Counted from the first letter of the stretch, positions 42,339-52,727 are shown. The stretch is 64,000 bases of DNA from Candidatus Falkowbacteria bacterium (GCA_013336275.1 JAAXUA010000003.1:66698-130697); one strand, 5' to 3'. The notes: a model not told the origin generated them from the sequence alone. Numbers and translations: made by a program.

Positions 42339-45203
42339 TTATTTGACCTTAATAGTGACGGTTGGGGAGAGAATTTTATTATTACCCCAGGTTAGTCCCT
42401 CTAAAAGTAGGTTGTATTCTCCAGCTTGACTGGGGGCGGTCCAAGAGTAAGGCGTGATCGGCTGCAGGTCGACGCGTGAAAAGGTCTTAACCAAGCTATT
42501 ACTCGAAGATGAGGCGGAACCTTGCTTGATTTTAATAGCGCTGAAGGCCTCGATGTTTGAAGATGTGAAAGACATATTTAATACAGCCCCCCTATCAACC
42601 TCTGGCACTGACTGATTCCACAATAATGTCGGTTCAATGTTTTGGTCTGGCGAAAATCCTAAGTTGATATTAATGGATTTTTCCGAACAGTTATCAATAT
42701 CATCGCAGATGCGGACGCGTAAACCTTGGATGCCAGGCGTTAAAAAATTAATCAGCTGATCAAGGTTGAATGGGTAGTTTGAGACGGTTGCCAGGAGGTT
42801 GTCGTTGATATAATATTCTACACGGTTTACGCCCCGAGGCGCTGTTACGCCGCTTAAAGTTACTGAAAGTCTTGGCTCGGTGATGGTTTGTCCTTCGAGC
42901 GGCTGTTCAATGGTGAAAATTGGTTGATTTTCTGGCTTGTGGAGATTGTCTTTTTCAGTGGGAACGGTGCTGGTTGAAATAAGACCATTTTTCTTAGCCC
43001 AAGCTTGCACGGGCGCCTCCCAGAGCGCAAACTGTGAATCACTTGAAGGGTTGGTTGGCGCAGGACCGCGCGGATTATCCTTACTTACGTAGTATAGAAT
43101 ATCGTGAGGTTGGCCAAAGTTTATTTCCTCAATAAAAGAGGCGGGAGTATACTCTGTTGCTAATAGTCCTGATGCACGGTCAATCCTGATTATAAGACTG
43201 CTGCTAGCAGCACCATCAAGAACTGGTTTTCCGGTTTTTACCGATTCGGGAGCGGTGAAATTTTCTATTGGCGTTCCGGCGAGAACTTTTTTCATGTAGG
43301 CGTTCCAAATCGGCGCCGCCACAACGCTGCCGTCAGCCCCTCTTTTCATTGAAGTGGCGTCATTGTTTCCCACCCAAACACCAGTCACTAGCGAGGGGGT
43401 ATACCCAACCGTCCAGGCGTCTTTATAGTCGTTTGTGGTTCCGGTTTTCGCTGCGACAGGACGATCAGATAAGGTTAAGAAATTGCGCGAACCAAACACA
43501 TATGATCGGGCGTTGTTATCTGACAAGATGCTGGTTATTTGGCGAGCAACCTGGGGCTCAAAGGCTTTAGTGCTTTGATCTTGGTATTCTTCCAGGATTT
43601 TACCCGACTTGTCCTCAACCCTAAGCACAGGAGAAATCGCATGGACTAACCCGTCTTGAGAGAAGGCGCTATAGGCATTAACATGTTCAAGTAGTTGTAC
43701 CTCACCACCGCCCAACACCAAGGATAAACCGAAGCGGTCCTTGTCGTTAAGTGTTGAATAGCCCAGCTTTTTTGCAGCCTCCATTACACTGTTAACCCCA
43801 GCCAAATACATCGCCTTGACTGCAGGAATATTCAAGGATCCGGCGAGAGCCTTTCGGATGGTTACTGGGCCGTGCTCAGCACCATCATAATTATGAGGTT
43901 CGTATTTCTTGTCGGCGTCGGTTGAAAAGTTTGTGACCAAGTCATATAACACCGTGTCGGGCGTGTAGCCCTTGGCAAAGGCGGTGGCATATACTATTGG
44001 CTTGAATGAAGAGCCTGGTTGTCGGGGGCTGGTTGCGATATTGACCTGGCCGTCTATCTTATCACTGAAATAATCTTTAGAGCCCACCATGGCCAGGATT
44101 TGGCCGGTTTTGGGGTCTATGGAAACAAGAGCGGCGTTACTGGCTTGGTATTTGTCGTTTTTTTCAACCCTTTCCGCTATTGCTTCCTCGGCCGCCTTTT
44201 GTTTGTCGATGTCGATTGAGGAGATGATTTTCAAGCCGCCCTGTTCGATGGTTTTGTCACCATATTTCTCAGAGAGAACATTCTTTAAATACATTACGAA
44301 ATGAGGAGCTAAAATGTTTTCTTTGGGTTTGGTGAAGGTTATTTCAACTTTTTTTGCAGCCTCGGCCTCATCTTTAGAAATGTGCCCCTGTTCAGACATC
44401 ACATCCAACACATAACGCTGACGGCTTATTAGGAGGTCACGGTTGGGCCCATAAGGCGAATAGCGGGACGGAGCTTGCGGTAAGGCGGCAAGGATGGCGG
44501 CCTCAGCTAGGCTGACGTCCTGGACTCTTTTGCCAAAATATCTCTGACTGGCTGACTCAACGCCGTAGGCGGTTGAACCATAAGGGATTTCATTTAAGTA
44601 CATTTGAAGAATCTCATCCTTGGAGAAACGCTTCTCCATTTGATATGCCAAGATGAGCTCTTTAACTTTACGGACATAGCTTTTTTCGTTGGTCAAAATG
44701 GCATTCTTAACCAGCTGTTGCGTTAATGTCGATCCACCGGCCTTTTGGTTTTTTATCACATTCGTCACGACTGTGCGAAAAATGGCCCACAAACTGAAGC
44801 CGCCGTGCTTATAGAAGTTCTTATCTTCAATAGCAATGGTCGCATTGCGGACGTTTTGCGGGATATCGTTTAATCCGACCAGGGTCCTTTTTTGATCGCC
44901 ATAAATCTCGTATAAAACGGTTTTCCCGGTCCGGTCATATATTCTGGTGCTTTGGGCAACTTGCCGCTCAATTAGCTTATTAGGATCGGGCAACCCTTGT
45001 GAGAGATAAAAGAAACCGCCAAGTATTAGTAGTAAACCGATAAAAATGGCCAATATAACACCTTTTTTTGTAATATAGCGCAAAAACGAAAGCCTGGAAG
45101 CAATTTTTTTCCTTTTTGGCTCAGGGTTTTGCGGGCGAACGGGCGAGTAAATTTGCCTTGATGGTTCGGGCGTCTTCTTGTGTATAAACTGTGGAATAGG
45201 CAT
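42339..45203 (-). CDS. Class A penicillin-binding protein (glycosyltransferase 51 + transpeptidase) with a ~280-aa C-terminal beta-rich extension
   Basis: GT51 motifs (AIEDKNFYKHGG, GGSTLTQQL), transpeptidase motifs SxxK (GSSFKP), SLN and KTGT. The tail has Ig-like repeat character. Confidence 0.9.
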   Translation of the reverse strand: MPIPQFIHKKTPEPSRQIYSPVRPQNPEPKRKKIASRLSFLRYITKKGVILAIFIGLLLILGGFFYLSQGLPDPNKLIERQVAQSTRIYDRTGKTVLYEIYGDQKRTLVGLNDIPQNVRNATIAIEDKNFYKHGGFSLWAIFRTVVTNVIKNQKAGGSTLTQQLVKNAILTNEKSYVRKVKELILAYQMEKRFSKDEILQMYLNEIPYGSTAYGVESASQRYFGKRVQDVSLAEAAILAALPQAPSRYSPYGPNRDLLISRQRYVLDVMSEQGHISKDEAEAAKKVEITFTKPKENILAPHFVMYLKNVLSEKYGDKTIEQGGLKIISSIDIDKQKAAEEAIAERVEKNDKYQASNAALVSIDPKTGQILAMVGSKDYFSDKIDGQVNIATSPRQPGSSFKPIVYATAFAKGYTPDTVLYDLVTNFSTDADKKYEPHNYDGAEHGPVTIRKALAGSLNIPAVKAMYLAGVNSVMEAAKKLGYSTLNDKDRFGLSLVLGGGEVQLLEHVNAYSAFSQDGLVHAISPVLRVEDKSGKILEEYQDQSTKAFEPQVARQITSILSDNNARSYVFGSRNFLTLSDRPVAAKTGTTNDYKDAWTVGYTPSLVTGVWVGNNDATSMKRGADGSVVAAPIWNAYMKKVLAGTPIENFTAPESVKTGKPVLDGAASSSLIIRIDRASGLLATEYTPASFIEEINFGQPHDILYYVSKDNPRGPAPTNPSSDSQFALWEAPVQAWAKKNGLISTSTVPTEKDNLHKPENQPIFTIEQPLEGQTITEPRLSVTLSGVTAPRGVNRVEYYINDNLLATVSNYPFNLDQLINFLTPGIQGLRVRICDDIDNCSEKSININLGFSPDQNIEPTLLWNQSVPEVDRGAVLNMSFTSSNIEAFSAIKIKQGSASSSSNSLVKTFSRVDLQPITPYSWTAPSQAGEYNLLLEGLTWGNNKILSPTVTIKVK

Positions 45204-45295
45204 ATGGATAACTGTTTAAAAGGAGTTAATAACTGTTTATATTTTACTAATATTTGCAAATTTTTACAAACACCATAATTACTTGCTTATCTTAG

Positions 45296-45335
45296 AAAAA
45301 AAACACCCTAACGTCAATTGACGTTAGGGTGTTTT
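45296..45335 (-). terminator. Terminator: 30-nt perfect palindrome ACACCCTAACGTCAATTGACGTTAGGGTGT
   Basis: The palindrome spans 45302-45331 with flanking A and T runs, downstream of the GalT-like gene. Confidence 0.7.
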
Positions 45336-45346
45336 TGTGGTCGAAT

Positions 45347-46273
45347 TTATTTTTTATAGAATTTTGCCGCTTCTTCAGGCGAGACGGAATTAATAATCAA
45401 TCCGGAACTTATCTCAATGCCCGCCCAGACGGAGTCTCGCGGCTGAAGCTTAAGATAAAAATGCTGGTTAGGCTCAGAAATCGCTTGCTGGGTAAAAAAA
45501 TTATATGGGATGCCTAGGATGTGCAGTTTTATCAAAGCTCTTTTTAGGGCATAGGCCAATGATTTTATTTCAGCCTGATTAAGATCGGTCATATTGTCTA
45601 TGTGCCTTTTTGTCATGAACCATAGTTCATAGTGATATTCGCTGGCATAGGGTGCGAAAACAAATAGCTGGTTGTCTTCATAGACCAATCGCTTGCTTCG
45701 AGACTCCTTTTTGATGATATCGCAATAAGGGCAGGTGCCGTGCTCGCTTTTGTAGCGCTCAGCTTCAGACATTTCGGTTATCAGCAAAGGGGGTAGGATT
45801 TTGGTGGCAAATACTTGGGAGTGTGAATGTGCTAGCGAGGCGCCAGCCTTTGAGCCGCTGTTTTTAAAAATCAAGATGTAATCGAGTTTCTTGTTTTTGC
45901 TCAAAACAGTTATGCGGCTTCGATATGTTTGCAAGACTTTTTCAAGCTGGGTTAGAGAAAATTCATGCATTTCTTTTCCGTGTTCGGGAGTCTCGACGAT
46001 AACCTCTTGTGTGCCAAACGCTTTAGGGTTGCTGGTGGTTACGGCCGGGTACTTGTTTTTAAGTACCATAACTTCCCAAGCCTTCTGGCCACCGACCGCG
46101 TCGATGATTAATTTTTTTTCAATCCCCTCTGGACAAAGTCCGCACTTGACGTCCTTGTGAATAACCGAGCTTTCGCGGACATCTCGTGGACGCTTTGCGC
46201 GCCCCGGGGTGATGATTACATACTTGTCTAGAAAATAGTCTTTGCGAATTTCGGAGGAAGGTTTGATTATCAT
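45347..46273 (-). CDS. GalT-type (HIT superfamily) hexose-1-phosphate nucleotidyltransferase
   Basis: N-terminal Zn site CGLCPEG and active-site SLAHSHSQVFA (HxHxQ). The ATG at 46273 is preferred because the track start at 46315 lies inside a 23-bp hairpin arm. Confidence 0.7.
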   Translation of the reverse strand: MIIKPSSEIRKDYFLDKYVIITPGRAKRPRDVRESSVIHKDVKCGLCPEGIEKKLIIDAVGGQKAWEVMVLKNKYPAVTTSNPKAFGTQEVIVETPEHGKEMHEFSLTQLEKVLQTYRSRITVLSKNKKLDYILIFKNSGSKAGASLAHSHSQVFATKILPPLLITEMSEAERYKSEHGTCPYCDIIKKESRSKRLVYEDNQLFVFAPYASEYHYELWFMTKRHIDNMTDLNQAEIKSLAYALKRALIKLHILGIPYNFFTQQAISEPNQHFYLKLQPRDSVWAGIEISSGLIINSVSPEEAAKFYKK

Positions 46274-46312
46274 TTCTTTTGGTTTGAGTTTAATATTATC
46301 AGTATAGCAAAA

Positions 46313-46365
46313 CATCGCCCAACAAAAAAACAGCGAGGCTGCCGCTGTTTTTTTGTTGGGCGATG
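46313..46365 (-). terminator. 23-bp perfect inverted repeat (terminator after copA)
   Basis: CATCGCCCAACAAAAAAACAGCG-AGGCTGC-CGCTGTTTTTTTGTTGGGCGATG, verified base by base. Confidence 0.65.
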
Positions 46366-46370
46366 TAAGC

Positions 46371-49300
46371 TTATTTTTTTAGGACGAAACCTTGGCCCAC
46401 ATAATGCATCGAATCAAGAGCGGTTTGGGTTTCAGGCAGAATGCCAGCTACAATAATGTTATTACCGAAAAAGTTATCTATGGTATCGCCTGGCTTAGTG
46501 ATCAGTTTTGCTCTGATCATCATCTCGGCTTCAGAGCTGCCGACGTATATGGGCAGGAACTTCGTTTCACCTAGGGCGACTTCGTCAAAGCCTTTGATTG
46601 AAGTTTTTAATTTCTCTGGCGTGTTAGTCGCATTTACGAAGTAGAAGTTTTTGGTAATATCCTTTTCTGCCACAATCTTGATTTCGGCCGAATTGGTCAT
46701 ATTCAACAAAGTTTTGCCATTAACGAAATGGTAGTCATCGATTAGTGTGCCGGTCGGTTCTATGATGCCGACGATCTTGACGCTGGACAGGCCGAAGAAA
46801 TCCTTCAGTGAGTCGCCAGGGCCTTGGATCAACTTTTCCTCTTTCATCATCATGGCCTCTTTATAGCCGATGACCATTTCGTAATCACCTAAAGCCAAGG
46901 TGCCAGCGTTGGCCTTGAGGCTGCCGGGCAGGCTTTCGGCACCGAGGAATAGTTTTGGATTGCCTTCGGCGAAATTGATCTTAGTCTGGCCATTGGCCAA
47001 GAAGGTGTTCAAGGTGGTGGCGGTTTCAATGGAAACCGTTTTGTTCATCCCCTGGTTTTCCATGCCGGAACTGAATTTAGCGAACTCGAAGAAACCGAAG
47101 GTGAAGACGATGACCATTATCAGTGGCGCGACGAGCGAGGCATAGTTGCGCTTGCCGGGCCGGAAGTAGCGCAGTAACAAGGAGTTGGTAACCACGGAAA
47201 TCGAACTCATGGCCATGGCTAGGCCAGCCAGCTCGGGCTTGAGAATCAAGCCGAAACCGGCGAAGATGCGGGCTGCAATCGGGATGCCGATGACGTTGTA
47301 GAAGAGGGCGAAAAACATATTTTGCTTGATCTTGCCCATGGTTTCGCGGGCCAGCTCGAGAGAGGTGACAACGTCGTTCAGGTCGTTTTTCATGATGACG
47401 ATGCCGCCGGTTTCCATGGCCACGTCAGTGCCGGACCCCATGGCGATGCCCAGGTTGGCTTGGGCAAGGGCGGGGGCATCATTGATGCCATCGCCGACCA
47501 TGGCGACGCGCTTTCCGGTGTCCTGTAATTTTTTGACTTCATTAGCCTTGTCTTCGGGCAAAACCTCGGCCAAGACGTTGGTAATGCCGACTTCTCGGGC
47601 AATCGCTTGAGCGGTGCGCTGGTTGTCGCCGGTAATCATGTAGACTTCGATGCCCATGGCTTTGAGGCTGCTTATGGCCGCAGCAGTGGTTGGCTTGACC
47701 GTATCAGCTACGGCGATGGCACCGAGGATGGACTCTTTGGTGGCCAATATCATGGCAGTCTTACCTTGCTCCTCCAACTTGGCCAGTTTGCGATTAATCT
47801 TGTCGATTGGGTGGCCCAAGGTTTCGCTCACTAGCTTGCGATTGCCGAAGTAATAAACTGTGCCATTGATCGTGCCTTGGACGCCGTGTCCGGGGATGGC
47901 GGTGAAATCAAGGACTTCGTCGAGGCCGAAGTCTTCTTCTTGGGCGTGGGTGTAGATCGCTTCGGCCAAGGGATGTTCGGATAATTTTTCCAGACTGGCA
48001 GCGATAGTGAGCACCTCATCTTCGTCCAGATTGGCGAAATTCAAGACGTCGGTTACTTCCGGCTTGCCCTTGGTCAGGGTGCCGGTCTTGTCAAAGATGA
48101 CGGTATTTATCTTGCAGGCCGCCTCCAGCGGTTCGCCGCCCTTGATCAAGATGCCATATTCAGCACCTTTGCCGGTACCGACCATCAATGAAGTTGGGGT
48201 GGCTAGGCCAAGGGCGCAGGGGCAAGCAATGACGATAACTGCGGTAAAGGCCATGAGGGCGAAGGTGAGGGTCGAGCCGAGCAGGAAATACCAGACGCCG
48301 AAGGTGATGATGGCGATGCCGATGACGGCTGGGACGAACCAGGCAGAAATGCGGTCAGCCATATTTTGAATCGGCGCCTTAGACCCTTGGGCGTCTTCGA
48401 TCAGGCGGATGATTTGGGCCAAAGCGGTTTCGGAGCCGATGCGGGTGGCCTCGAATTCGAAGCTGCCAACCTTATTGACGGTACCCCCGATAACCGAGTC
48501 GCCAATATGCTTTTCGACCGGCAAGCTTTCACCGGTAATCATGGATTCGTCGATGGCTGAACCGCCCTTGGTAATCTTGCCGTCAACCGGCACTTTCTCG
48601 CCCGGACGCACCATAATGATGTCGCCATGGACCACTTCTTCGACCGGGATGTCCATGGTTTGGCCGTTGCGGATGACGCGGGCGGTTTTGGCTGACAAGT
48701 CCATCAGCTTCTTGATGGCGTCAGAGGTTTTGCCCTTGGTGCGGATTTCTAGCCACTTGCCCAAGATTACGAAGGTGATCAGGAAGGCGGCCGTTTCGAA
48801 GTATAAATCCGGAATCTTGCCATTAAGCCCGATAAGCGAGCGGGTGTTAAAGTAATATATGGCATAGTTGGCCAAGCTGTAGATGAAGGCGGTCGAAGTG
48901 CCGATGGCAATCAGGCTGTCCATGTTGAAGGTCTTCATCTTGAGCGAGGACCACATGCCCTTGTAGAAGCCAGCACCGATAACTAGCTGGATCGGTAGGG
49001 TGAAGAGCAGCGAGATGATGCCGATGTAGGGCGATAAGGCGATCTTGCCTGGGAGCCAAGCGAAGAAATCCAAAAACATGAAGTACAGCATGGGCAAGCT
49101 CAGGACGAAGCTGACCCAGAATCTGGTCTTGTAGGAGACAATCTCTTTCTCACGCTTTTTGCTTTCGTATTCGCTGTCCTTGGCGTCGACCTCTTCGGCT
49201 TTGTAGCCAGCTTTTTCCACGGCCTTGATGAGAGCTTGAAGGTTGGTGGAGGCCTCGTCGAAAACCACCGAAGCTTTTTCGGCAGCGAAATTGACGTTGG

Positions 49301-49949
49301 CCTGCTTGACGCCAGGAACTTTTTTGAGTGAGCGTTCGATCAGACCGGCGCAAGAAGAACAGTGCATGCCGTAAAGAGAGATGTTGGCTCGCTTGGCGTG
49401 GTTGGTCTGTGACATTGCGGATTCCATGACGGGGGCGGACACTTGCCTGGGCTCAGCCGACTTTGAGCCGCTTAAAAGCGAATCGAACAGACCCGCCAAG
49501 CTGGCGGTATTGCTTAGTTGATCGACAAATTCTTTAGCCCCTGGCTGATTGTCCGGAACGCTGAACTCGGCAAGCTTGTTGTTGTGGATCTTGCCTTCGA
49601 AGTAGGGTTTGCCGTCACTGCCGGAAAGGACGCGACCTTCGGCCTCGATGTTAGCTTCGAGCTTGATTTTCAGCGGTTGGCCATTTGATGTCTGGTTCTT
49701 TTTGATGGCCACACCCTTTTCGGCTGCCGGCAAATCGATAATAACTGCCTGGTAGCCAGCTCTCTCCACGGCAGCTAACACCTCATCTGTTGAAGTCAGA
49801 GAGGTGTCCAGCTCTAAGCTGGCTCGACCGGTTTTATGGTCAATGCTGATATTTGATACCCCGGCCAGTTCTTCAAGTTCAGCCGCGGTGATTTTTTCAC
49901 AGGATGCGCAATGCATGCCTGTAATCGATATCTTGATCGGTTGTTTCAT
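46371..49949 (-). CDS. copA: Heavy-metal (Cu-type) P1B ATPase with two N-terminal HMA domains and a 256-aa C-terminal extension
   Basis: GMHCASCE and [11 protein letters not shown] motifs, TGES, CPC ([11 protein letters not shown]), DKTGTLT and GDGINDAP. An extra TM helix and duplicated module follow the core. Confidence 0.92.
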   Translation of the reverse strand: MKQPIKISITGMHCASCEKITAAELEELAGVSNISIDHKTGRASLELDTSLTSTDEVLAAVERAGYQAVIIDLPAAEKGVAIKKNQTSNGQPLKIKLEANIEAEGRVLSGSDGKPYFEGKIHNNKLAEFSVPDNQPGAKEFVDQLSNTASLAGLFDSLLSGSKSAEPRQVSAPVMESAMSQTNHAKRANISLYGMHCSSCAGLIERSLKKVPGVKQANVNFAAEKASVVFDEASTNLQALIKAVEKAGYKAEEVDAKDSEYESKKREKEIVSYKTRFWVSFVLSLPMLYFMFLDFFAWLPGKIALSPYIGIISLLFTLPIQLVIGAGFYKGMWSSLKMKTFNMDSLIAIGTSTAFIYSLANYAIYYFNTRSLIGLNGKIPDLYFETAAFLITFVILGKWLEIRTKGKTSDAIKKLMDLSAKTARVIRNGQTMDIPVEEVVHGDIIMVRPGEKVPVDGKITKGGSAIDESMITGESLPVEKHIGDSVIGGTVNKVGSFEFEATRIGSETALAQIIRLIEDAQGSKAPIQNMADRISAWFVPAVIGIAIITFGVWYFLLGSTLTFALMAFTAVIVIACPCALGLATPTSLMVGTGKGAEYGILIKGGEPLEAACKINTVIFDKTGTLTKGKPEVTDVLNFANLDEDEVLTIAASLEKLSEHPLAEAIYTHAQEEDFGLDEVLDFTAIPGHGVQGTINGTVYYFGNRKLVSETLGHPIDKINRKLAKLEEQGKTAMILATKESILGAIAVADTVKPTTAAAISSLKAMGIEVYMITGDNQRTAQAIAREVGITNVLAEVLPEDKANEVKKLQDTGKRVAMVGDGINDAPALAQANLGIAMGSGTDVAMETGGIVIMKNDLNDVVTSLELARETMGKIKQNMFFALFYNVIGIPIAARIFAGFGLILKPELAGLAMAMSSISVVTNSLLLRYFRPGKRNYASLVAPLIMVIVFTFGFFEFAKFSSGMENQGMNKTVSIETATTLNTFLANGQTKINFAEGNPKLFLGAESLPGSLKANAGTLALGDYEMVIGYKEAMMMKEEKLIQGPGDSLKDFFGLSSVKIVGIIEPTGTLIDDYHFVNGKTLLNMTNSAEIKIVAEKDITKNFYFVNATNTPEKLKTSIKGFDEVALGETKFLPIYVGSSEAEMMIRAKLITKPGDTIDNFFGNNIIVAGILPETQTALDSMHYVGQGFVLKK

Positions 49950-49953
49950 AGGG

Positions 49954-50157
49954 CTATTTAATTGAGTAATCGGTACCGCTTAATGCGGCTTGTGCCTCTT
50001 TGATTTCGATCGGGCGCTCAGCCGTAATGGCAGTGTCGCCCGTTACAGGGTCAACAACCACGTTACTGACTCCTGGAATTTTTGCCAGCTTCATGGTGCA
50101 AAGCTTAGCACAAGCACTACAAGTTAGTCCTTGTATTGAAAACGATAAGGTGTTTAT
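49954..50157 (-). CDS. CopZ-like HMA (metal chaperone) domain ORF without a canonical start codon; not in the supplied ORF track
   Basis: Hand translation gives (I)[66 protein letters not shown]. It is in frame with, and 3 codons after, the TAA of the upstream gene. Its TAG lies 4 nt before the copA ATG. Confidence 0.5.
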   Translation of the reverse strand: MNTLSFSIQGLTCSACAKLCTMKLAKIPGVSNVVVDPVTGDTAITAERPIEIKEAQAALSGTDYSIK

Positions 50158-50166
50158 ATGAGTAAG

Positions 50167-52002
50167 TTAATTAACAGTAATGTGTCCTCGGACCATGCCC
50201 ATGGCGCAGGTGATCTGGTAGGTGCCGGGTTCGGTGGGGGTGAACTTCATGGTGATTTTTTTGCCAGCCTCAAGAAGCTGCAGGTCTTCTGCAAGATCGG
50301 ATACCTTAATATAGTTCATGCAACCGGCGCCATCTTCTTGGGCGTCGATCTCGAAGCGGACTGGCTTGCCTGCCTTGACGGTAAATTCGCTCGGCTGAAT
50401 GTCGGTAGCTTGGGTATAAACGGTTTTGATGACCTGCTCATCAGTGGCTGCGTCGTTTGTCGTTATGGCAGGCTTGGCGTCGATCGGAGCGGTTTTTTTG
50501 CCGCCACAACCACAACCGCCGCCAGAGGAACCGCAAGAGCCGCCGCCATTGATTGCCGTAGCCGAGTCGTCAGCAGCGGCATTGGCCGAGGGGGCTTTTG
50601 AAGAAGAGGAGTCAACCACATTAAAGCTGCCAGTGTACATTCCCATAGAGCAGGAAAATTTGATAGTACCGGCATTTTCGGGCGTGAATTCTATGACATT
50701 GGGACCGGCCTTAAGCGTTCTGCTGATGTTGAGCTGGCGCACGACCAAGGCGCTGGCGCACGAATAGGGGGCCTGGGCGTCAATTTCCCAGCGCACGGGC
50801 ACTCCTGCCTTGATGGTAAAACGGTTCGGTTCGTATCCTCGATTCGTTTCGGTCATACTGACAACCTGGACCCCGTTTACCATTTTTACGTTGGGGTCGC
50901 TTGTGACAACGTCCCGAGAAGAGGCACTAGCCAGATCGGGAACCCAGCCCAGCAGTGTTAAGCCATTTTTCAGGTTGAACAATGAAAGCAGAACCACAAT
51001 CGTTCCGGCGAACTTGAAAAACTTTTTAGCCGACCCGCCCTTGAAGATCGAGGTAAGTCCACCCACCCCCAAAAGTCCAGGCGCGGTGCCTAGTGCGAAC
51101 AAGCCCATTATCAATGCTCCGTCACCTATGTTTCCGCTGGAAACCGCATAGAGCTGCATTGCCTGCGTAAACCCGCACGGCAAAAAGAAAGTGGCGGCAC
51201 CAAGAATCATTGAGTTCTTGTGGCTATACTCTTTGTTTTTCGAGTCAATCCCCAATTTTTTGGCCAGTCCTTTCGGTAGGGTTAATTTGACCGTGTTGAG
51301 TTTTGGTATCAATTCGGTAAGTTGTAAGCCCATAAGCAGCATGACCAGACCCACCAATACGGTAAGGAAGGCGCTGAGCTCTAGGGAAAGCTGGAAGGCT
51401 GACCCCAAGAGTCCTAAAAGGCCGCCAAAAAAGGCGTAGCCAAGTACCCGCCCCCCGTTAAAGTAGAGGTGTGGACGAAATTTTTGCTTAGAAGTCGCTT
51501 CTGGATGATTTTCAGAAAACTTGGCCGACATCCCGAGGGTCAATCCGCCAACCAGGGCCATGCAGGTTGAAAATCCGGCTACAAGCCCTACTAAAATGAC
51601 AACTCCAAGGCCCGATGGGTTGTCGGACGCACCGATATTCATGTCGGTTAGGCCGAAGAACTTCAAAATGCCGTAAATCAAGAAGGCAAGAAGCAGCGAT
51701 TTAATGACGGTTTGGTAGTCTTCCTTGTTAGTGCTGAACCAAGCTGTTTTTTCTGCTTGGCCGATAGAGTAGCCTGCCTCGTGGATGGCTTTTTCTAGTT
51801 TGTGGATTTGAGGCGAAGAATTTTCCTCAAAAAAGATATCAGCCTTTCCGGCTTTGAAACTTATTTCGGTTTTTTTTACATCCTCGACTGCCGAGAGCTT
51901 CTCTTCAAGCAAGAGTTCGCAGGATCGGCAATGCATGCCATTGATCGGCAACGTAATTTTGTGTAATTCGTTCATAGTTAAGTCAGTTAATGAAATAAAC
52001 AA
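50167..52002 (-). CDS. HMA domain + TauE/SafE-like (DsbD_2-type) polytopic membrane core + two cupredoxin-like Cys/Met domains
   Basis: N-terminal GMHCRSCE, about 6-7 TM helices, and two C-terminal repeats (YSCASALVV..FSCSMGMYTGSF and AGCMNYIKV..ITCAMGMVRGHI) separated by a Gly/Ser/Cys linker. Confidence 0.7.
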   Translation of the reverse strand: MFISLTDLTMNELHKITLPINGMHCRSCELLLEEKLSAVEDVKKTEISFKAGKADIFFEENSSPQIHKLEKAIHEAGYSIGQAEKTAWFSTNKEDYQTVIKSLLLAFLIYGILKFFGLTDMNIGASDNPSGLGVVILVGLVAGFSTCMALVGGLTLGMSAKFSENHPEATSKQKFRPHLYFNGGRVLGYAFFGGLLGLLGSAFQLSLELSAFLTVLVGLVMLLMGLQLTELIPKLNTVKLTLPKGLAKKLGIDSKNKEYSHKNSMILGAATFFLPCGFTQAMQLYAVSSGNIGDGALIMGLFALGTAPGLLGVGGLTSIFKGGSAKKFFKFAGTIVVLLSLFNLKNGLTLLGWVPDLASASSRDVVTSDPNVKMVNGVQVVSMTETNRGYEPNRFTIKAGVPVRWEIDAQAPYSCASALVVRQLNISRTLKAGPNVIEFTPENAGTIKFSCSMGMYTGSFNVVDSSSSKAPSANAAADDSATAINGGGSCGSSGGGCGCGGKKTAPIDAKPAITTNDAATDEQVIKTVYTQATDIQPSEFTVKAGKPVRFEIDAQEDGAGCMNYIKVSDLAEDLQLLEAGKKITMKFTPTEPGTYQITCAMGMVRGHITVN

Positions 52003-52035
52003 GCAGGCAAAAATGCCCGTTTAACTGAATCAACC

Positions 52036-52425
52036 CTAGATTCTTAATATGATGGTGTCGAGCGCGACCTGATTTGGTGGCGCCTGGAAGCTTTTTGGCT
52101 TCAAGGTCTCCTTGTCCGCCAACGGAACTTGGCTAAAGTACAAGGAAAAGAGATAAAGTGATTTGTTGAATTCAAAAACTGCAAGCAATGGCGCGGCGTC
52201 GCTGCTTTTCTTGTCGGCACAGCAAGGTAAAATATCCTTTTGCGCCCCGTTTTTCTTTTCGGCGCCGGCATTTTCATGAGCGTGGCAAGCTCCATGGATA
52301 TCATCCGTGGCCAGAGCGGGATCGATATTCATGAGAAAGGCGTGGAAAAAATTCGCCATAATCAAACCGAGAATGACGGAAATCATCCCGATGTGGTGCA
52401 AATTTTTTAGAATCCGCCTAGTCAT
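52036..52425 (-). CDS. Small membrane-anchored His/Cys-rich protein (hypothetical metal-binding)
   Basis: One TM helix, then HGACHAHE and LPCC motifs. Its start abuts the csoR stop with no gap (52425/52426). Confidence 0.45.
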   Translation of the reverse strand: MTRRILKNLHHIGMISVILGLIMANFFHAFLMNIDPALATDDIHGACHAHENAGAEKKNGAQKDILPCCADKKSSDAAPLLAVFEFNKSLYLFSLYFSQVPLADKETLKPKSFQAPPNQVALDTIILRI

Positions 52426-52695
52426 TCAGTTGAATTTCTTATAAACCTCTAAAAGCTCGGCTATCGTTTGCTGTTCGCGATTCCCCTTGATAGCATTTAC
52501 CACGCAGGTTTTGAGGTGGTTCGAAAGCAGCACCTCCTCAGCTTTTTTGATAGCTCCTCGGACGGCCGATGCTTGCTGTATCACGTCGAGACAATAAGCA
52601 TCTTGTTCGATCATTTTGATGATCTTGTTCAGATGGCCGGCAGTGATTTTAAGCCTTCTGGTAGCATCTTTCTTGGCGCAGGAAATTGGTGTCAT
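52426..52695 (-). CDS. csoR: CsoR/RcnR family metal-sensing repressor
   Basis: RLKITAGHLNKIIKMIEQDAYCLDVIQQASAVRGAI...HLKTCV (Cys-His-Cys ligand pattern). The ATG at 52695 is preferred over the track start at 52749. Confidence 0.88.
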   Translation of the reverse strand: MTPISCAKKDATRRLKITAGHLNKIIKMIEQDAYCLDVIQQASAVRGAIKKAEEVLLSNHLKTCVVNAIKGNREQQTIAELLEVYKKFN

Positions 52696-52704
52696 AGTTT
52701 TCTG

Positions 52705-52727
52705 ATTACCCTCCCCAGGGGGGTAAT
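52705..52727. promoter_or_regulatory. CsoR-type operator: ATTACCC-TCCCCAGGGG-GGTAAT G/C-tract palindrome
   Basis: An imperfect palindrome lies 10 nt upstream of the csoR ATG. A TATATT -10-like hexamer (52731-52736, minus strand) sits just upstream of it. Confidence 0.6.
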
